A DNA stretch of 49,553 nucleotides, counting the filler, from Streblomastix strix (lineage: Eukaryota), in assembly GCA_008636045.1 (NCBI GenBank). It is 3 parts of 3 records of this genome, joined end to end, with 100 filler letters (N's around TTAATTAATTAA, not from the genome) between each part and the next. Parts side by side here need not be neighbours in the genome. Positions count along the whole stretch, not along the records: positions 1 to 16,455 come from SNRW01000808.1; positions 16,556 to 33,005 come from SNRW01000809.1; 1 more part is not named here. The stretch is one strand, 5' to 3'. This document shows positions 13,801-27,748 of the stretch, one piece after another (positions within the stretch are counted from its first letter, which is position 1; each line of letters begins with the position of its first letter). The notes below the pieces were generated by a model. That model was not told where the DNA came from. It searched no databases and was given only the letters and a program-made list of their open reading frames with translations. Both the position numbers and the translations under genes were made by a program.

Positions 13801-16455
13801 TAGTAATTAAAAGAAATAAAATTAATTCTTTATTAAAAATTAAATACCAAAATAACCCAGCGTTGAACTTGTCTCCATATTTCGCTGTTAATTAATTACT
13901 TATTCCGCATCTTCTAAGAATAATCTGGAAAATAAAAAAATCATTAAAATAGTGCAATAAATACAAATTATAAAAATTAAATACCAATGATCCAGGATCG
14001 CAATCTACCAATCGAGCTATTATACTTACTTCTGAATATCTAAATAGTCCAAAATCTTAAATTATTAAATTAGTTCCTTCTCTTGTCCAGATTACCGAGT
14101 TTTCTTTCGTTCTGGTATTACAAATTATTGACTCTTTATATCCTTATCCTGTTAGTGTAAACGTTATCTAACAATTTATAAGTGATTAAAAATACACAAA
14201 GCAAAATTTATAAAAAAATAATTTCTAATATTTAACATTATAATTTAATGCATATTATTTTACTTTTAACACACATCTCTGGTAACAAGAACAGGTTCGT
14301 CATATTATCCTTTCATAGCAATAATCTCTTTAAATCCTTCTTCTAAAATAATATAAGTTATTAATAAGAAAAAAAATAATATTAATGAATAAATATCAAT
14401 ATTGAATTTTATTTTATTATAAATACCTGATCTAATGAGCATAACATATGCATGGCATATCATTCTTAAGGGGTATTATTTACTTCCAGCTAAAATTAGG
14501 TGAGTTTGTTTTAATATCAATTAAAAAAAGTAAAATAAAATTAATTAATTAATAATAATATATTAATATTTTAGAAAACGTACTATTTGTATCATTTCCT
14601 GTAACATCCACGTATAAAATGAACTATTGCTAAACAATATTTGATAGTAGTAGTCTAAAAAAATAAATAGAAAATAAATAGAAAAAATAAATAAATATAA
14701 TAATAATTTTATATAATAAATTTCTTATAAAATTAAATTATTGATAATTAAATATATAAATTAAGCCATATTTATCTTTCATACTAATCGAGTTTATCGG
14801 TTCCTTATGTATTTCCTATAAAATTCAACAATGGTATCACTGAATATGAAGAACAGTTACTGAAAAATGAAGAATGAATACTCATTGAAGAGTTTTAATA
14901 TGATGACGATTCATTATAGAGTATTAATGAAGCATCTAAGAATCAATAAACAAATAATAGAAATTTAATAAAAAAAATAATAAAAAGCCATAAATAATAA
15001 TTTTGATAAGTTATAAAGTTTTAATGGTAAATACCTACAATATAGAAATAAATGTCATTCCCATGTATAACGTTTGGGTGCTTAAGTTCAGCTCCTGCAA
15101 TGTTATTCTCAAATAAACAGTGTATAAATTATATTTTTTCTTCTTTTAGAAGAGCTTGTGTTCCAGAAACTGTTATGGCTCCTCCACAATCTCCTATGTT
15201 TGTGTAAAAACTAAATAAATAAATAAATAATAAATTAAATAAAATAAAATTAAATAAAATTATATAAATTATTAATATGGTATTTATAAAGATACCTACA
15301 ATCTCAAATTATCAATATTCTCGAACTATTCAATTATTATCCTCCACTTTCAGGAATATTTGAAGAAGAAAGAGGACTTTCACATAATTCAATCAACAAC
15401 GATCCAGCAAATGGTTTAGTTCCTGTAAATGCAAATGTCACTACAACATTATTTCGAAATTAACACTAATCGACTGTTACAGTTCCACCAGTGAAATATT
15501 ATATATGGATTACTCCTGAACTAGATTCGTTTATTTTGCAGCTTGTTATGTTGATCTATTACATCAATACATTAGAATTCTCTGAAGCTGCGATAAATAT
15601 AATTGGTCCATATTTCTCTAATATATTTTCAATTGATGTTTATACTATTGTTAAATTGCCACCTTTATCAATTGAGAGGAAATCTTTATCTAAATATACA
15701 GTTTGATCTGTCACATTAAAGGAGCAATATTCAATTGAAATTGATGAAGTTTATCCGTGAACGGTAATTGCGCTGAAAGGCATAAATTTATCATCGCTGT
15801 TATCTAAACGTATAACAATAAGCTAAAGTCTAAGAATACCATTAAATACTTGAATGAAATCTCCTTCTATTCCATTTATATTTTATATTTCCGATGGACC
15901 TGGTCGATTTGTATTTGATAATGAAGATTAAGGTTCAAATTTCCCTTCTTCAGTTCCTGTTATTATTATATTATGCCCTCCAATATAAAGTGTTTATTCT
16001 ATGAATTTTCCAGGAAAAAGTAGAATATGCGCAGGCTAGCTTTGCGATGATGTTGTGTGAAACAATGCAAATTCAACTGTGTGTAATGGGTTATTCTGAT
16101 CGCCAGAAGTATTTGTGGTTTGATCTATTCCGTTAGTGCTAGCATAAACAACTTCCGCCGTTCGTTATGCAAAAAGAATATAATCGAATACACCTAATTG
16201 AAATTAGAAGTGAATATTTCCAATCTTTGGTACTAGCGATGAGGAACTGCATTATGTTATGCATTATACTATTTCATTTTTAACATAAACATGATCAAGA
16301 ATAATATCATGTCCAATATTAAGTTTAAATGAAGTTGATTAAAAAGCTGCATCTTTAAGAGCAATATTGTTAATAAAATTGCAATGTGTAATTTGAACTG
16401 ATGAATCAATAGAACTTGATGTACTTCCATAAAAATTCCAATTATTTCTCATTTT
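10869..16455 (-). CDS. Large multi-exon type I membrane surface protein, pectin-lyase/right-handed beta-helix-like; 5' end cut by the contig edge
   Basis: C-terminal TM helix (YAIIAIVLICVALISTALIILIIILCY) followed by basic residues; ectodomain rich in I/N/C/F/S with motifs VYASTNGIDQ..SGDQNNPLHTVEFAL, YVDVTGNDTN..GSKQYPLRMI, GGAITV and F.NC.F; several AT-rich GT-AG introns between ~12570 and ~15300. Could be two adjacent genes. Confidence 0.7.
13604..13820. repeat. Intronic minisatellite, ~11 x 20 bp (GTAATTAAAAGAAATAAATA)
   Basis: Near-perfect tandem units read directly; they fill most of a minus-strand intron (~13602-13847). Confidence 0.95.
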
Positions 16456-16555
16456 NNNNNNNNNNNNNNNNNNNNNNNNNNNNNNNNNNNNNNNNNNNNT
16501 TAATTAATTAANNNNNNNNNNNNNNNNNNNNNNNNNNNNNNNNNNNNNNNNNNNN
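16456..16555. other. Artificial contig-joining spacer N44-TTAATTAATTAA-N44
   Basis: Exactly 100 nt with a palindromic core that gives standard-code stops in all six frames; identical to 33006-33105. Confidence 0.97.
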
Positions 16556-16557
16556 AA

Positions 16558-19500
16558 GTTGTAGATAAGAATGGCCAAAGATAAAGAAAAGAAATAAAGA
16601 ATAAGAATAATATATAATAAGATAATGTCGATCCTTAAGTTGAATTCTAACAGAAACATAAACAAAATGAGCACAAACGTACAGAAAGAAATAAGATGTA
16701 TAATCATTCTCCAACTCTTTCTACATTATATACATCATAAAGTATAATATCAGATACTTCTTAAAATTAGTCAACTTCTCCATCAATTATTCCAACAATG
16801 CAATTGTAATTAAATGCAGAAATAGAAATGATAACAAATGGATAATAAATATTATCGCATACTCCCGACTATGGATTATATAATATACAAACTAACAATA
16901 ATTCATATATTTAAATTGGAAATGAGAATAGTTAAGGATTATCATAATTTCCAATTTCACAGTAATGGTAAACTAACTTCGCTTAATCCTATTCCCCTAC
17001 ACTTAATAATCTTATTTCTCAAGAAGGATCTGATACATCTAATTATTTATAAGGACAACTAAATAATTAATAAAACTGGCATCCTTCTAATTCAACCTCG
17101 CCACCCTTACCATACTTCCCATAGAACTAATAATCCTTTCTCAATGATTATAATAATAATATTAGTTCAGATGAAGGTGAGAATGGTAAATCTTTATTCA
17201 ACAGGGATTTTGAGAGTATTAAGGAAATGAATGCAGAGAATATTCATGAAAGAAGAAATATGAATATTGAACGAAATTAGTCATTATACCATTAAATGTC
17301 TAATAATAGATAGAACACTATGTAAGAAGGATAACAACTTTGGGAAAATCTGAAGTTTTCTGAATATCCGCATATAGATAAGCCTTTGATTGATAATTTA
17401 GATATGAGTATTAATATATCTTAGTTAAAATTACTTAATTCATCAAATGTATCTGAAAAGAATTAAAGAAATAAATTATAACAAAATAGTAGTAGTAATA
17501 AATCCACTGAAGAATAAATTAAATTATCGACTAAATCAAACAGATAATATGGTAATTCAATTGTTAATACAGAAAATATAAAACATGTGGATATTTCCAA
17601 AGGTGAAACATAATCAAAGTCGAGTTTATCGACCATTTCATCTCCATCAGTCTCAACATAAGCATCCAAATCCACAACATCAATATCTTCTCCATCAACT
17701 CAATCTGGATCCCAGTCTCAGTCTCAGTCTGTATCTATATCACAATCTACTACTACAACTACAAGTCTGTCAAGTACTCATTCTCAATCTAATTCATCTG
17801 CTTCTCTTCATTCTCCTGATACTATAAACTCTTCTCTTATTGAAAATAAAGAGAATCCGTAAAATATGACACTATAGGCTAAATAAAGCTTTATTTCTGT
17901 TGGAAGTGATTAGCCTATCAAAGAATTATCAAATATTAACAACAACCCAATTAACAATACCATTACAGATTAAAAGAAAAATGATAAACCATTAATTAAC
18001 GAAAGTTTAAAGAAATCTTCTCTTTCATTATAATCTACATAAATTGAGATAATAAAAGGAGAAAATACAAATAGTAATAATTCTTCAATTATTAATAGTG
18101 AAGAAAAATAAATAGATATTTGTTAATTGCAAAGTGTTATGCAACCTGATGAAGAATTGTAATAATAGTTAAATGAATCAACACAATAATAAACACAACT
18201 TAATTAAATTGAAGATAATTCTTTAGTCAAAATTAGTTAGAATGTAGAAGAATAAGAAATTAATATTACTAAATAACAAGTAACTGTTTTTTTGGAAGGG
18301 TAAATAAATACAGCATAAATCAATAAAGAAGGAATATCAGATGTTGATTCAATATTATCTCTGTTAACATCAATTTCTATCCCAGAAGCACAATCTTAAT
18401 CTCATTAATAATATTCGATATCATCATTCAATCTATCATCTCCTTCGCATTCAACTTTCTTAGATGATTCTTCATTACTTTCTTAATAATCAATGTTCTC
18501 AGATTCATATACTACTTTTCTACAAAGTGCATCACAAGCAAATACTAATTAATCTACAAGTTATTATTCTACACTTAATAAAAGATCATTATTTATAAGC
18601 CCATTTATTCCTTTTTATTCTTTAATGAATGATATTACCAGATTAAATATTGATAATGAGAAAATTAAGAATATTACGCAAGAGAAACAACAGAATGACA
18701 TTGATAATGAAAGTGAATAATCTATCAAAAATAAATACAATTGCTAATTTACATAATTTCAGATTGCATGGCTTCTGGGATGGTATCTTCGTTCTAGAGA
18801 TCAAATGGAAGACTAAATTTTTATATCCAAAAGATAAGATAATGAAAATGAAAATGAAAAAGTAAATATTTAAACCAAGGAACATGAAATGTTGTAAGAT
18901 AAATAACAGAGAAATAATTACTTGAGCCAATAACTGCTTATCAGATTACGTCTTAATAATGGAAGTTCAATAAAAGATAATGAACAATAAAAAGGAAATA
19001 ATTAAAATCTATCAAAACAACTTTAGTAATCTGCAGAATGGATTGAAAAGAACAATAATGAGCATTAATTGGTCGATAGAGAAATAATGGATCATTAATC
19101 AGCTTCTGTTCCAAACCTATAATTGAAATAAATTAATATTGCAAAAGTATTTTAAGTTTCTTCTATTGGCTCATTTGAATAACTTTCCAAAGAAGATAAA
19201 GATATTCAATAATAGATTGATTTATAAAATGAATAAATTCAAATAAACATTGAAAAAACTGTAGAAATATTAGATGAAAAAACAAATAATTATTCGATTT
19301 AATAACACGATGAATTAGTACCATAGTTAAATAATGAAAAAGGATTATAAATAAGTTCATAAGATGTGAAGAAAGTTGACAAAATGAATAATTCATAAAC
19401 AATATTAAACTTATCTAATAAAAATATTTATTAAGAAAATAATTAATCAAACTTTTAATTATAGGATGATGCTTAATATTAACAGTAATATAATAATTAG

Positions 19501-20880
19501 ATTTAATCTTAATCTTAATTTAATAATCTTAATTCTTATATTCCACAACCATTAAATTAAAGCGATTAAATATTATAAATTATAGATTAAAATTAAATGA
19601 TATAATAGGATTAATAATCTTATTAAGCAAAATAGCAATTACAATAAATCAATCAATAAAATATTCTTTATTAATAATCCAATAATCAGATATATGATAA
19701 TATATAAAATGCACTACCTCAGTTATATTTGCATCAGCTTAAACCCACTTCAATGTCAAATTATAATTAAAACATACAACAATAGTAAATGTCATTATTA
19801 AATTCACAAAACTCTAATTAATATCCATAATTATCATTTTAATTTCAACAATAAACACAGTTATAATCAAATGAAATATACGATAGAATAATATAAAGAC
19901 TTTCATCTACAATGAAAAATATTCCATTCTAGCCATTAGGCAAAATTAATAATACTTCATTAGAAATAAATTTAAATCATCTTCCAATTCCTCTTAGAAG
20001 AGTTCTAGCAAAAAAAGACCCTAAATTTCTTATTCCATATTTACCAACAATATGTGATATGGCATCTTCTGCAGAACAAAGATTAATTTAATAAGGTGTT
20101 AATGGATCAAATCCAAATTAAGATGACTTAATTGACGATGATGGAAGCAGTTATAATGGAATATCAAGTGATGGTGAATATGAGAAAAGTACCATTAGTG
20201 ATGATGAGCTCTAATAAAAGAATGATAAATAAATAAAATAGTCCTAATCACATAATAAATCAAATTATAACAGCCAATCTTCTGTTGATTAGTCTAAAGT
20301 CAGTGTCTCAAAGTTGGCACCACTACTTCGGGCTATGGTCAGTCCAAGACGCTATCGTGGAACATTTATGGAATCAATCGCATTTGCTCGACGCACTGCC
20401 TGGATCCACAGCTCCCACTTCCCTGACAACTGCTTTTGTGATCTGAGGAGAATATCATTGGATCAATAATAGCTTGTTATGACTGGAGCTACGGTTGAAT
20501 TTGCTGTGAGAATTAATTATCTTCCTTAGTCTTATTTTGCTGCTGAAGAACCTTATATAGTTCCTGCTCATCGAATAACTCCATAAATTACATCAGAATT
20601 GAATAATAATTAACTCTGGCAAAATTAACAATACATTCAAACCTAACAGTTATAATAATAGCACCCTTTAGCACAATAATAACAGTAATAATAACAGTAA
20701 TAATAATAATAAGTATTGCGTTTTGTACAACCTTCTTCATAACATTAATTATAATAAACTCAATTTAATTAATAGCCAATTAAAATGAATATTAATACTA
20801 CAAAAATAAATGAAGGAGTTGGAATTGGAGAAGATTTATTAGGCAAAAAGAAATAATAAGAAAGAAGGGTAAACAAATGA
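16558..20880 (+). CDS. Long Q/S/N-rich low-complexity protein (~1440 codons visible, 5' probably truncated) with a C-terminal cold-shock/OB-like domain
   Basis: Single open frame under table 6 ending ...ERRVNK-TGA at 20880; the globular, higher-GC segment 20350-20562 reads RYRGTFMESIAFARRTAWIHSSHFPDNCFCDLRRISLDQQQLVMTGATVEFAVRINYLPQSYFAAEEPYIV. Confidence 0.75.
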
Positions 20881-21574
20881 TTTTGTATCATTTGCTATTT
20901 ATATACTCTTTCGTTTCATAGTTGGATTAAATTGTTATTAGTCTTCAGTCTTTCTTATGTTCTTGTTATTATTATTCCAAATTTTGGCTAATATGGATGA
21001 ATTTTATTTTATTTATTTTTGTTTTATTATTCACTATTTTGAAAATATTAATTTTTTGCTCTTAGTTGGTTTGATACCAAAATAATTGAAAATCCATTTT
21101 TAATTCCATTTTTATTTGTTATTTTTGTCAATAAGATTTCACTTTTACTATTCTTATTTTATTTTTATTCAATTTTTATTCTACATTTATTGATCCTTTT
21201 TTTTGCTTAAAGTTTTACCAATCATTAATCATATGAGAAACTTATCTCATCAATTTATTTGAGCAACACTTTACTCATTACTTTCGAATCAAAAAGATTC
21301 ACAATGCAGCTGCAAAGCTTGTTAATTATTCAAACATATTATTATTAATAATATACTTTTAAACTCGTTCTTTTTCCTATACATATTTTTTTAAAATATC
21401 AAATACAAATATTATTCAATAGAAAATAACCTTTATTTTTGATATTTATAAATATAATGAAATGGAGAATAAAAAGTGAAATGTTATTTCTATAATATGA
21501 ATTCTGATGTATCTGAGATCATAATTTTTCTTCTTATTTTTCATCATCTTATTTATTTGAGTCTTAACACATCA

Positions 21575-23448
21575 TCATTTTTATAATCTTAAAAAAATTT
21601 CATTAATTTTTTATTGGCTTTATTGTTGTTTAGTTTCTACAGCTTCGCTTAATAGACCATTTAATTTTGGCTATGGTGATATACTTGGTTATATTTTTGT
21701 GTTGTATGTTTATTATTATAAAATATATGGAGATATGGATCTAGGTATGAGAAATGGAGAAGGAGATCTTGAATTTACTAATTCACTTTTAGATGGTGAG
21801 TTTATTACTTATTTTATTAAGTTATTAATATCTCCATCAGCAGAATCTAACACTTATAATCTTCTGCTCTAAGAAATGTATCCTATTTTTTCATCTGGTA
21901 TTTCTGACTGATATGATTATGATGTCCTTTTAGTATTTAGTTCCTTCCTGGATACTTCCAACTTTTTCTAGAGTTTATCATCAGCAAAATGTTTAATATC
22001 TTCTAATAAGCCTAGAATAACTTATCTATTTCCATTCGATATTTAATACCCATGACTAAAATAGAAAAATTGTAAATGTAAAAATTAAGAAATTTATTAT
22101 AAAATTATTATTAATATTGTAAAAACATATTAAAATTTAAAGATTTTATATAAGTAATACTTTAAAAACCGATTGTATGGCATCTAAGCATCTCTAAGAG
22201 CTTTTAATATTTTTTCTATGTTTAATCTTTTATCTGTTTATCCAATATTAATATTACGCAAAGAAGGTGGAAGAATAGGATCATAATTCTAACGATGTGA
22301 TGATGATGATGATGATGAAGAAGAAGAAGAACGAGTATGTAATGTAGATGTCATTATTGATCCTAAAGAAGGTATTTAGGTTTGTTAGGATGTTTTTGTT
22401 TACAAGTTTGATTGTGAAATGGATTTATATTAAGATGAAGGTGATTAGGATTAATACTATTATTTACGAGTTGGGTTTAATTAAGTAAAAATTGTTTTCT
22501 TTTAGGTTTAATCAATTTTAATACCAAGAGCAACTTCTATTATGGCTCCAATAAGAATTCCATTTTCCAAATTTGGAATAAACTAATCAAATTCAATTTA
22601 TTTATTGTATTCTTCCTCATTTAATTTAATTATATTTATATCTTCACAAATCCACATTCTTCCTCCTTTTGCAATTATTCCAAGGAGTTAAACAATCCAT
22701 TATGTTATATTTTATTCAAGATCCTTTATTTATTATTATTCATAAGGCAATGAAATAGTACATTTTGCTTCTAATAAAGCTCTTTATTCAGGCTTCATTA
22801 TTGGTCTATCAGTTCGAGGCCATAGCATTCTTCTTCTGCTTGATTCAGTCATTTACATTCCAAAAGGATCATTATCATACTCATTAAGTATATATTATTT
22901 CTTTCTTTGTGATGTTTATGCACTTTATGAACGTTATTAAATAATATCTTTATTTTCAACTTTGATTATTTCTTATGAAATGGATTGCTTACTCTTATCT
23001 ATTTATTTTTCTTTTTATTGGAAATGAGATTATCTTGGAGTTAATTACTAATTCTTCTTTTCTTTTTTAATTTAGTAGTCAGGTATAATTAAGGATGTTT
23101 TAATTGAAGAATTTGAATTAGTAGATAAATCAATATTCAAATATTAAGATGATTAATTAGAGGATGTTAAATTTGGACTTTTCTTATATAAATTTAAATT
23201 AATTTATTTTACATTTTTTTAGTTTTATTTAATCTAAATTTCTTTCGTTTACTAAACATTATCACCATTTGAATATGTTATTGAAGGAAACTTTAAACCT
23301 TCTTTTAAATAATGTGATATATATTTATTGCACTAATCTTAAATCTTCATTAACAAACCCATTAATATTCTTCTATTTCCTCGTATGCATTCTTCTGCAA
23401 TCCAATCTTATGATGTTTGTGGAATTGAATATGAAGGAGGATGGGATA

Positions 23449-23498
<50 letters not shown>

Positions 23499-25390
23499 GT
23501 ATTAGATGATGAAGAAGTAATCAATTAATTAGTATTAGATTATTAAGTTGCAAATGAATAAGGGATTGATAATATATTTGTATTACAAATCCAATTTAAA
23601 GGTTCTTTGTAATTAAATCTGCATTCTTCTAATGATTTTGGATTTCTATTAACTAAATATCTCCTTGATGCATTTTATTATTGTTCTAACTCTTTCTTTA
23701 TAATTTTATCTTATTTCCTATTTTTCTACTTATTCTTATATTCAATTAAATTGATACAATATTATTACCAATATTCTTCTGCCGTTTTACAATGAGAGAC
23801 AATGTCAAATAAAATAATTCCATTGCATAAAGGATCTTAAAGAAGAGGAAGCTAGTCAAGTAAATCAAATGGAGATATTAAGTGATTAATATTCTACTTT
23901 TATTATTAAAATTATGATGATTTTGATATTATAGATTGAGATGAATTAAATGTTAATTATGATGAAGTTTAAGGTGAAGATGATTAAATAATAATATTAA
24001 GCGTATCATGCATCCATTTATATATATTACATTCTATTTATATTAATGAATCAATTGGAATTGATAAATACAATTATAATAATGAAATTGATGGAATAAA
24101 TTATTCTTAGTATGATTATTATGATTATGACTAATTTAAATCGATGTTTGATTAATTATTATTATTTTCATTAACATTATTATTAATATTTTATTATTTT
24201 TATTTTTTTTCTTATTGTTTTTAAATATTAATGGAAGAATATTTATTTATTATATTCTCACTTTTAGAGTTAATATTTTATTATTTATTTCTTCTCTTTT
24301 TTCTATTTTATTTATTCTTATTCATTTATTAATAAAATTCATCGATAAATTAATTCCACTATTCATTATTTTCTTCTTCTATCATATTCTCTTATTTTCT
24401 TTTCTTTTCCTATTAATTCATATTTGAATTTTATGTTAATTACTGAATCTATTCTTTAACTTCTTAATTTTCTCCTTCATGTTCCTCTTCTTAATTATTT
24501 TATTAATTTAAATCTAATTAAACTTTTATTTTTAAAGGAGTTGATGCTTGAATAGGAATAATATGTGAAGGAGATTTTATATTAGATTATTAATTATTTC
24601 TGTCAAGAATTTATATTTTCTTTTATTTCATATCAACTATATTCCATTTTACACTTTATTTATTTATTGGGCTTCATAAGTTTTTTTATTAAGTTTATCC
24701 ATCCATATTTTATATTTATTATTAGTTATCAATTTCAATTCCATTAATTTCATTTTATGAATTTGATTTCAAATGAATAATATCAGTAAATTTATCTCTC
24801 CATGAAGATTATAATTATTATTATGGCTGTTGAGATTATATATAAAAATGAATATTATTATCTTATTATTCATTATTTTCTTTATTTTCGTTTTTAGATT
24901 CACGTAATATCTATAAAATGTCAGACTCATTATCTGAAGTAATATTTTATTGATTGAATCTGGTATTATCATTCTTCTTTCTAAATTAATTATTAAGATC
25001 AAAATCGTGTAAAAACATTAAAAAAGTCATTTCACTATTTTTATCTCCCTGATTCAAAGAAAATAAAATATTTATTAAAATTATTTAGAAATAAAAATAA
25101 AAAATTACCTTTGCTAACATTTCAGCAAAACTAGAATCTAAAACTTCTTTAGGTGTATTTAGTTTGAAGTTATTATTATTCTCAATAATCTTATTCAAAA
25201 TTACTTAGAAATTATATAATTTTTGTTCAACTGTTTTGGGCCTCCTTATCAACCCTGTTATTGTATAGTCAAATATCTCGCCTATTAATGAAGTTAGAAA
25301 ATTTCCATTTGCGAGTTCTCCAGGGCTACCATCAAACAAAACACAATCGACAGGAGTAAACTTGTTGATCCATCGAATATATTTCTACAT
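21575..25390 (-). CDS. Multi-exon protein with three calponin-homology-like domains and Q/N/S-rich linkers
   Basis: MQKYIRWINKF..ELANGNFLTSLIGEIF..RRPKTVEQKLYNF (CH1); LLQDPLCNGIILFDIV..RNPKSLEECRFNY..CIRGNRRILMGLLMKI (CH2); ITQWIVQL..LENGILIGAIIE..RLNIEKILKAL..ISNGNRQVILGLLEDI (CH3). Introns near 25050-25108 and 22037-22170; stop position tentative. Confidence 0.7.
23450..23495 (-). repeat. (AAT)15 coding microsatellite, poly-Asn
   Basis: In the minus-strand coding frame it reads ..SSNTV-N15-ISHPPSY..; the ORF track misreads it as poly-Tyr on the + strand. Confidence 0.85.
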
Positions 25391-25574
25391 CTAAACCATT
25401 AAATAGATTTAAAATAATTAAATATTATTAAAATAATAAATAATTTAAAAATATTAATTTTACTCTTTGAATAAAAAAGAAAATATATAAAAAAATGTTA
25501 AAAGTCTAAATATTGTATATAAGATAATTATAATTGTTGTTTATATCAAGAAATATATATAAAATATATCATTT

Positions 25575-25834
25575 CTTATTTAAATGTGGATTATGATGAG
25601 TTGAGAGTTTAGAATGACCAAGAAAAGTGATAAAAATTTGTGTGGATGATCTCTCTCTGTTATAGTTCAACAAATGTATACAAAATCATATTATTTTAAT
25701 TATATTATATATAGTATTATAATAAAATAATGGTATTATATTGAAATATAATTAGTCTGTGTTTTTCCAATAAATAAATTGATTTTTGCTATTTACTACG
25801 AACATTTTATATCAAAATAGAAATTTATTCATGC
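25575..25834. repeat. Dispersed noncoding repeat, copy 1
   Basis: CTTATTTAAATGTGGATTATGATGAGTTGAGAGTTT...CAACAAATGTATACAAAATCATATTATTT...TTCCAATAAATAAA..GATTTTTGC also occurs, in the same orientation, at 27749-28010. Confidence 0.9.
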
Positions 25835-25867
25835 TTATCCAACTGCTGTGTAAATTTGCAAAGCTTA

Positions 25868-27322
25868 TCAACGATTGTCCATGCCAGTGGTATAATCAAA
25901 AAACTCCTCATTTGCAATAAACGCGATGTCTCCTTCACGACGCTGTCCTTTTGGCTGTTTCAATCTGAGAATAGATTGAACTTGGAATGAGTCATACATC
26001 ATTATTGGCGTTGCCTATGTATGATGAAACATATAAATAATGAATCAGTTGTTTAATATTCAAGTTTGCATACAAAAAAGCGAATCCGTTCAGGTATATT
26101 AGTAACGTATCGTGTAATCTAGCGACCTTCAACAAAGAATCTCAGAGCTCGAGGAGTTTCATTCATATTTACTTCCATTCCAATATGCATTCCTCGATCC
26201 CATTTATCTCTTGGATCTATTGGATCATCCCACTTCCCATTAATCCAAATTGATCCTCTAAATAATTATAATAAAGTAGATTGAGAATAATATATATTAT
26301 ATATAAATATATGTGAATAAATTGGAATCAAATATAATTATTATATACGAATTATCATAAGAGATTCCTCCTTTATCCTTCCCAGCTACGAATGTTGTTG
26401 AATCCGTCATCGGGAGGTCTGCATCTAAAATTCCAATTCCTGTGCGCGATTCAAATAAATTAATTATAAATATAATTTTACAGTAATATATATATTAAAT
26501 GATGAATATTTAATTAAGAATAAAATAAGTCAAACGAAAACTCATTGTATTTTAATCATTCAGCATAGCATTTGAAAAGATTAATTCACAAAATACAATT
26601 CCCGCTTCATCAGTAAATTGGGGAATTAACATTTATTTCTAAACAGGTTTTCTTCTGACCTTCTCAAGAGTGATTGGTCTAATTCTTGCACCTGGCACTG
26701 TTATAACAGGATCAAATGGACAAATGTGCCAATTTGAATTCCTTGATTTGACAATGTTACTATTAGCTAAACGTTGCAATCGATTTTCTTTCAAAAGAAT
26801 TGGGCGGAAATGATCAAGAAGTGATTCAGCATCAAATGGTATTGTTGGTTTATCTTATGAGTCATTAATAAATGAAAATATAAAATATAAAGATTGTGAA
26901 AGATGAAGATTGATATATACGTTCATCAAGGAGTACAAGAGCTCTATCAAGTAATTATTTTAGTTCAAGATCCTAATCGCACTCTAAAATATCATGTGCG
27001 ATTGTTTTGAAATTTGTTAATTCATTTATCTCCATGCATAAACCAATATCTAAACAATTAATGAAGAAATAACAGACAAATAAAGTTATTATAATAAACC
27101 ATCTTCCATATAAGAAATCAATTTTCTAAGAGCCACTTTTTCTTCAGGTCCTTCCTTAGTACTTATTTCTTCAATGAGTTCTTTTATTTCTGTGAACTAA
27201 ATTCATATGTTATGAAATATCAATTAGAAAAATATATTTAATACCTCAAATTTTTAAAGAATAATAGCTTTCTCTGGAGTCAATGATGATATATTAACTT
27301 GAGAAATAAAACGGTTTGACAT
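25868..27322 (-). CDS. SPRY/B30.2-domain protein, multi-exon
   Basis: MSNRFISQ start and several short GT-AG introns; exons encode GIVFCELIF..RTGIGILDA..GKDKGGISYD..GSIWING..GMHIGMEVNMNETPRALRFFVEGRQ..VTNIPERIRFF, the typical SPRY pattern; TGA at 25868-25870. Confidence 0.82.
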
Positions 27323-27748
27323 AATAATTTTCAACTCTACGAAGTGATATAAAAATGAATAAAAATTAAATTCAATACAAAAAATGGATAGAAAATATTG
27401 AAAATTAATTATTTAAAAGCATGTTTTGAAATGAGTATAGAATAAAACTCTACTCATAGTTTTGAGAATGAATTCTCTAATAATAATAATACATATTTAA
27501 ATATACTAATCTAAATGAAAAGGGATATAAAAATAATAAGATTGTTTGATATGTATTTTGTATTAAAAACTGATATAAATTGTCATAAGAATAGAAAATA
27601 ATAGAATAGTATAATCTAAGATAAATTTGAATGTTTGATTTTGTTAAAAAAGCTTTATTTTTGAAAATATAAAAAAAATGTTAGATGTCTGAATAGCATG
27701 TATAATATAACTATAAATATTGATGAAATTAAAATATATATATCAATG

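Noticed and set aside
13604..13820. CRISPR-like or telomeric array
   Set aside because: Head-to-tail units without unique spacers, inside an intron, with no cas genes.
16500..16511. TTAATTAATTAA palindrome as a biological site (e.g. piggyBac TTAA target)
   Set aside because: Embedded in fixed-length N runs and repeated identically at 33050-33061; an assembly linker.
25590..25665. C/D box snoRNA call for the repeated element
   Set aside because: A C-box-like ATGATGA is present, but there is no terminal CTGA D box in either copy; kept only as an unclassified repeat.
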